This document shows, piece after piece, positions 23,039-32,000 of a stretch of 32,000 nucleotides of DNA. The stretch comes from Gemmataceae bacterium. Its GTDB lineage: Bacteria; Planctomycetota; Planctomycetia; Gemmatales; Gemmataceae. Numbering within the stretch: position 1 is the first letter of the stretch; each line of letters opens with the position of its first letter. The translations under genes and the position numbers were made by a program. The stretch lies in contig LR594584.1 in the NCBI GenBank assembly GCA_901538445.1, positions 2,667,586-2,699,585 on the forward strand, written 5' to 3'. A model generated the notes under the pieces. The model was not told the DNA's origin. It worked only from the letters and a program-made list of their open reading frames with translations, and did not search any database.

Positions 23039-23112
23039 CGTGCGGTGAGTGGCGAGTGGTGAGTGGAAGACAGGGTGCTTTCTTCCACTCACCACTCGCC
23101 ACTCACCGCACG
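23039..23112 (+). repeat. 74-nt perfect palindrome (32-bp stem, 10-nt loop) built of GGTGAGT/GGCGAGT heptamers, in the rpoB 5' leader
   Basis: 23039-23070 is the exact reverse complement of 23081-23112. The G/T-rich arm comes first. It ends 19 nt before the rpoB ATG and 3 nt before the GGGAGGAG Shine-Dalgarno motif. Confidence 0.9.
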
Positions 23113-23131
23113 ATTGGGAGGAGCAACCCCG

Positions 23132-26878
<3,747 letters not shown>

Positions 26879-26885
26879 TGATGTT

Positions 26886-26994
26886 GCGAGCCACGGGGCT
26901 GAACCCCGTGGTGCTGGCGTGACAAGAAGTCCACGGGGGTGACCCCCGTGGCTCGCAGACCCAAAAGCCCGCGGGGGCCACCCCGCGGCTCGCC
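26886..26994. repeat. three tandem GC hairpins (REP-cluster-like) in the rpoB-rpoC spacer
   Basis: Hairpins at 26891-26911 (CCACGGGG/CCCCGTGG), 26931-26951 (CCACGGGGG/CCCCCGTGG) and 26969-26988 (CCGCGGGG/CCCCGCGG). An alternative 13-bp long-range pairing is GCGAGCCACGGGG (26886-26898) with CCCCGTGGCTCGC (26944-26956). Confidence 0.8.
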
Positions 26995-27036
26995 CACTAC
27001 ACGAACACCACTCCTGTTCACACCGGGGAGTCCCAT

Positions 27037-31593
<4,557 letters not shown>

Positions 31594-31602
31594 TTTCGAC
31601 CC

Positions 31603-31676
31603 GGTGAGCGGGGGACGTGGGTCCCCCGCTTGTGTGGGGCAAGGCGGCACCGGGGGACTCACGTCCCCCGCTCGCC
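31603..31676. repeat. second copy of the family A palindromic element, immediately after the rpoC stop
   Basis: It shares a 28-mer and a 14-mer with 762-837. Local hairpins are 31607-31630 (10 bp) and 31651-31670 (8 bp). Long-range terminal pairing is 31603-31619 with 31660-31676. Confidence 0.85.
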
Positions 31677-31776
31677 AAAAACCGTACCAAAGCCCCTTCC
31701 CGCTTTTTCGAGAACCGCTAACATACCGCTTCCCGTCCGGCGACCCGCGCCGGCGGCCGAGCCAGGATTTCGACGA

Positions 31777-32000
31777 ATGCCGACGATTAACCAGTTGATC
31801 AAGTCGCCACGGGTGCCGCAGCGGTCGAAGTCGAAGCACCCCGCCATGCAAGGGTGCCCGCAGAAGCGCGGCGTCTGCACGGTCGTCAAGACGATGACCC
31901 CGAAGAAGCCGAACTCGGCTCTGCGTAAGGTGGCCCGCGTCCGCCTTTCGACGGGCGTCGAAGTGACCGCTTACATCCCGGGCGAGGGGCACAACCTGCA
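31777..32000 (+). CDS. rpsL: 30S ribosomal protein S12 (first 74 codons; runs off the window end)
   Basis: The ATG at 31777 translates to [74 protein letters not shown], the S12 signature. It is not in the ORF track because no stop codon falls inside the window. Confidence 0.95.
   Translation, partial: MPTINQLIKSPRVPQRSKSKHPAMQGCPQKRGVCTVVKTMTPKKPNSALRKVARVRLSTGVEVTAYIPGEGHNL

Noticed and set aside
26886-26994. Possible mini-CRISPR array (three similar short repeats with spacers)
   Set aside because: The repeats are 8-9-bp self-complementary stems, not 28-37-nt direct repeats. The spacing is irregular and short, there is no leader or cas gene, and the location is inside the rpoBC operon.

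Overview
This is a high-GC chromosomal segment. Its gene content points to Planctomycetota, probably a Gemmata-like lineage. That assignment is an inference from the DUF1559, DUF1549/DUF1553 and DUF1501 paralog families, a Tat-signal Gfo/Idh/MocA oxidoreductase, and secreted WD40 and PQQ-type propellers. I support about 25 protein genes. Positions 1-19.7 kb hold accessory and housekeeping genes: two DUF1559 pilin-like genes with small lipoproteins, a penicillin-acylase-family Ntn hydrolase, rarA, a conserved hypothetical, an isolated nuoN, tatD, a DUF1553+DUF1501 pair, an oxidoreductase, a WD40 protein, two tandem esterase paralogs, a zinc-ribbon/ankyrin pair and a PQQ-like propeller. Positions 19.8-20.2 kb hold one IS200-like Y1/HUH transposase. 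Positions 20.4-32 kb hold the conserved rplA-rplJ-rplL-rpoB-rpoC-rpsL cluster. I found no rRNA, tRNA, CRISPR array, prophage, or recognisable defence or toxin system, and I do not claim one. The unusual signal is non-coding. Nearly every spacer, including those inside the ribosomal-protein/RNA-polymerase operon, carries long palindromes, with stems of 41/42, 34/34, 32/32 and 27/28 bp by hand pairing. These fall into several sequence families. One is a REP-doublet (REPIN-like) element with GTAG feet, and it is flanked by a 65-nt duplication of the adjacent gene's 3' end. Two inverted copies of a two-hairpin unit between rplJ and rplL differ only by compensatory stem changes plus two linker changes. 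The Y1 transposase sits where rplK would normally precede rplA. All coordinates and pairings were worked out by hand. Copy numbers, homology and expression need computation or experiment.
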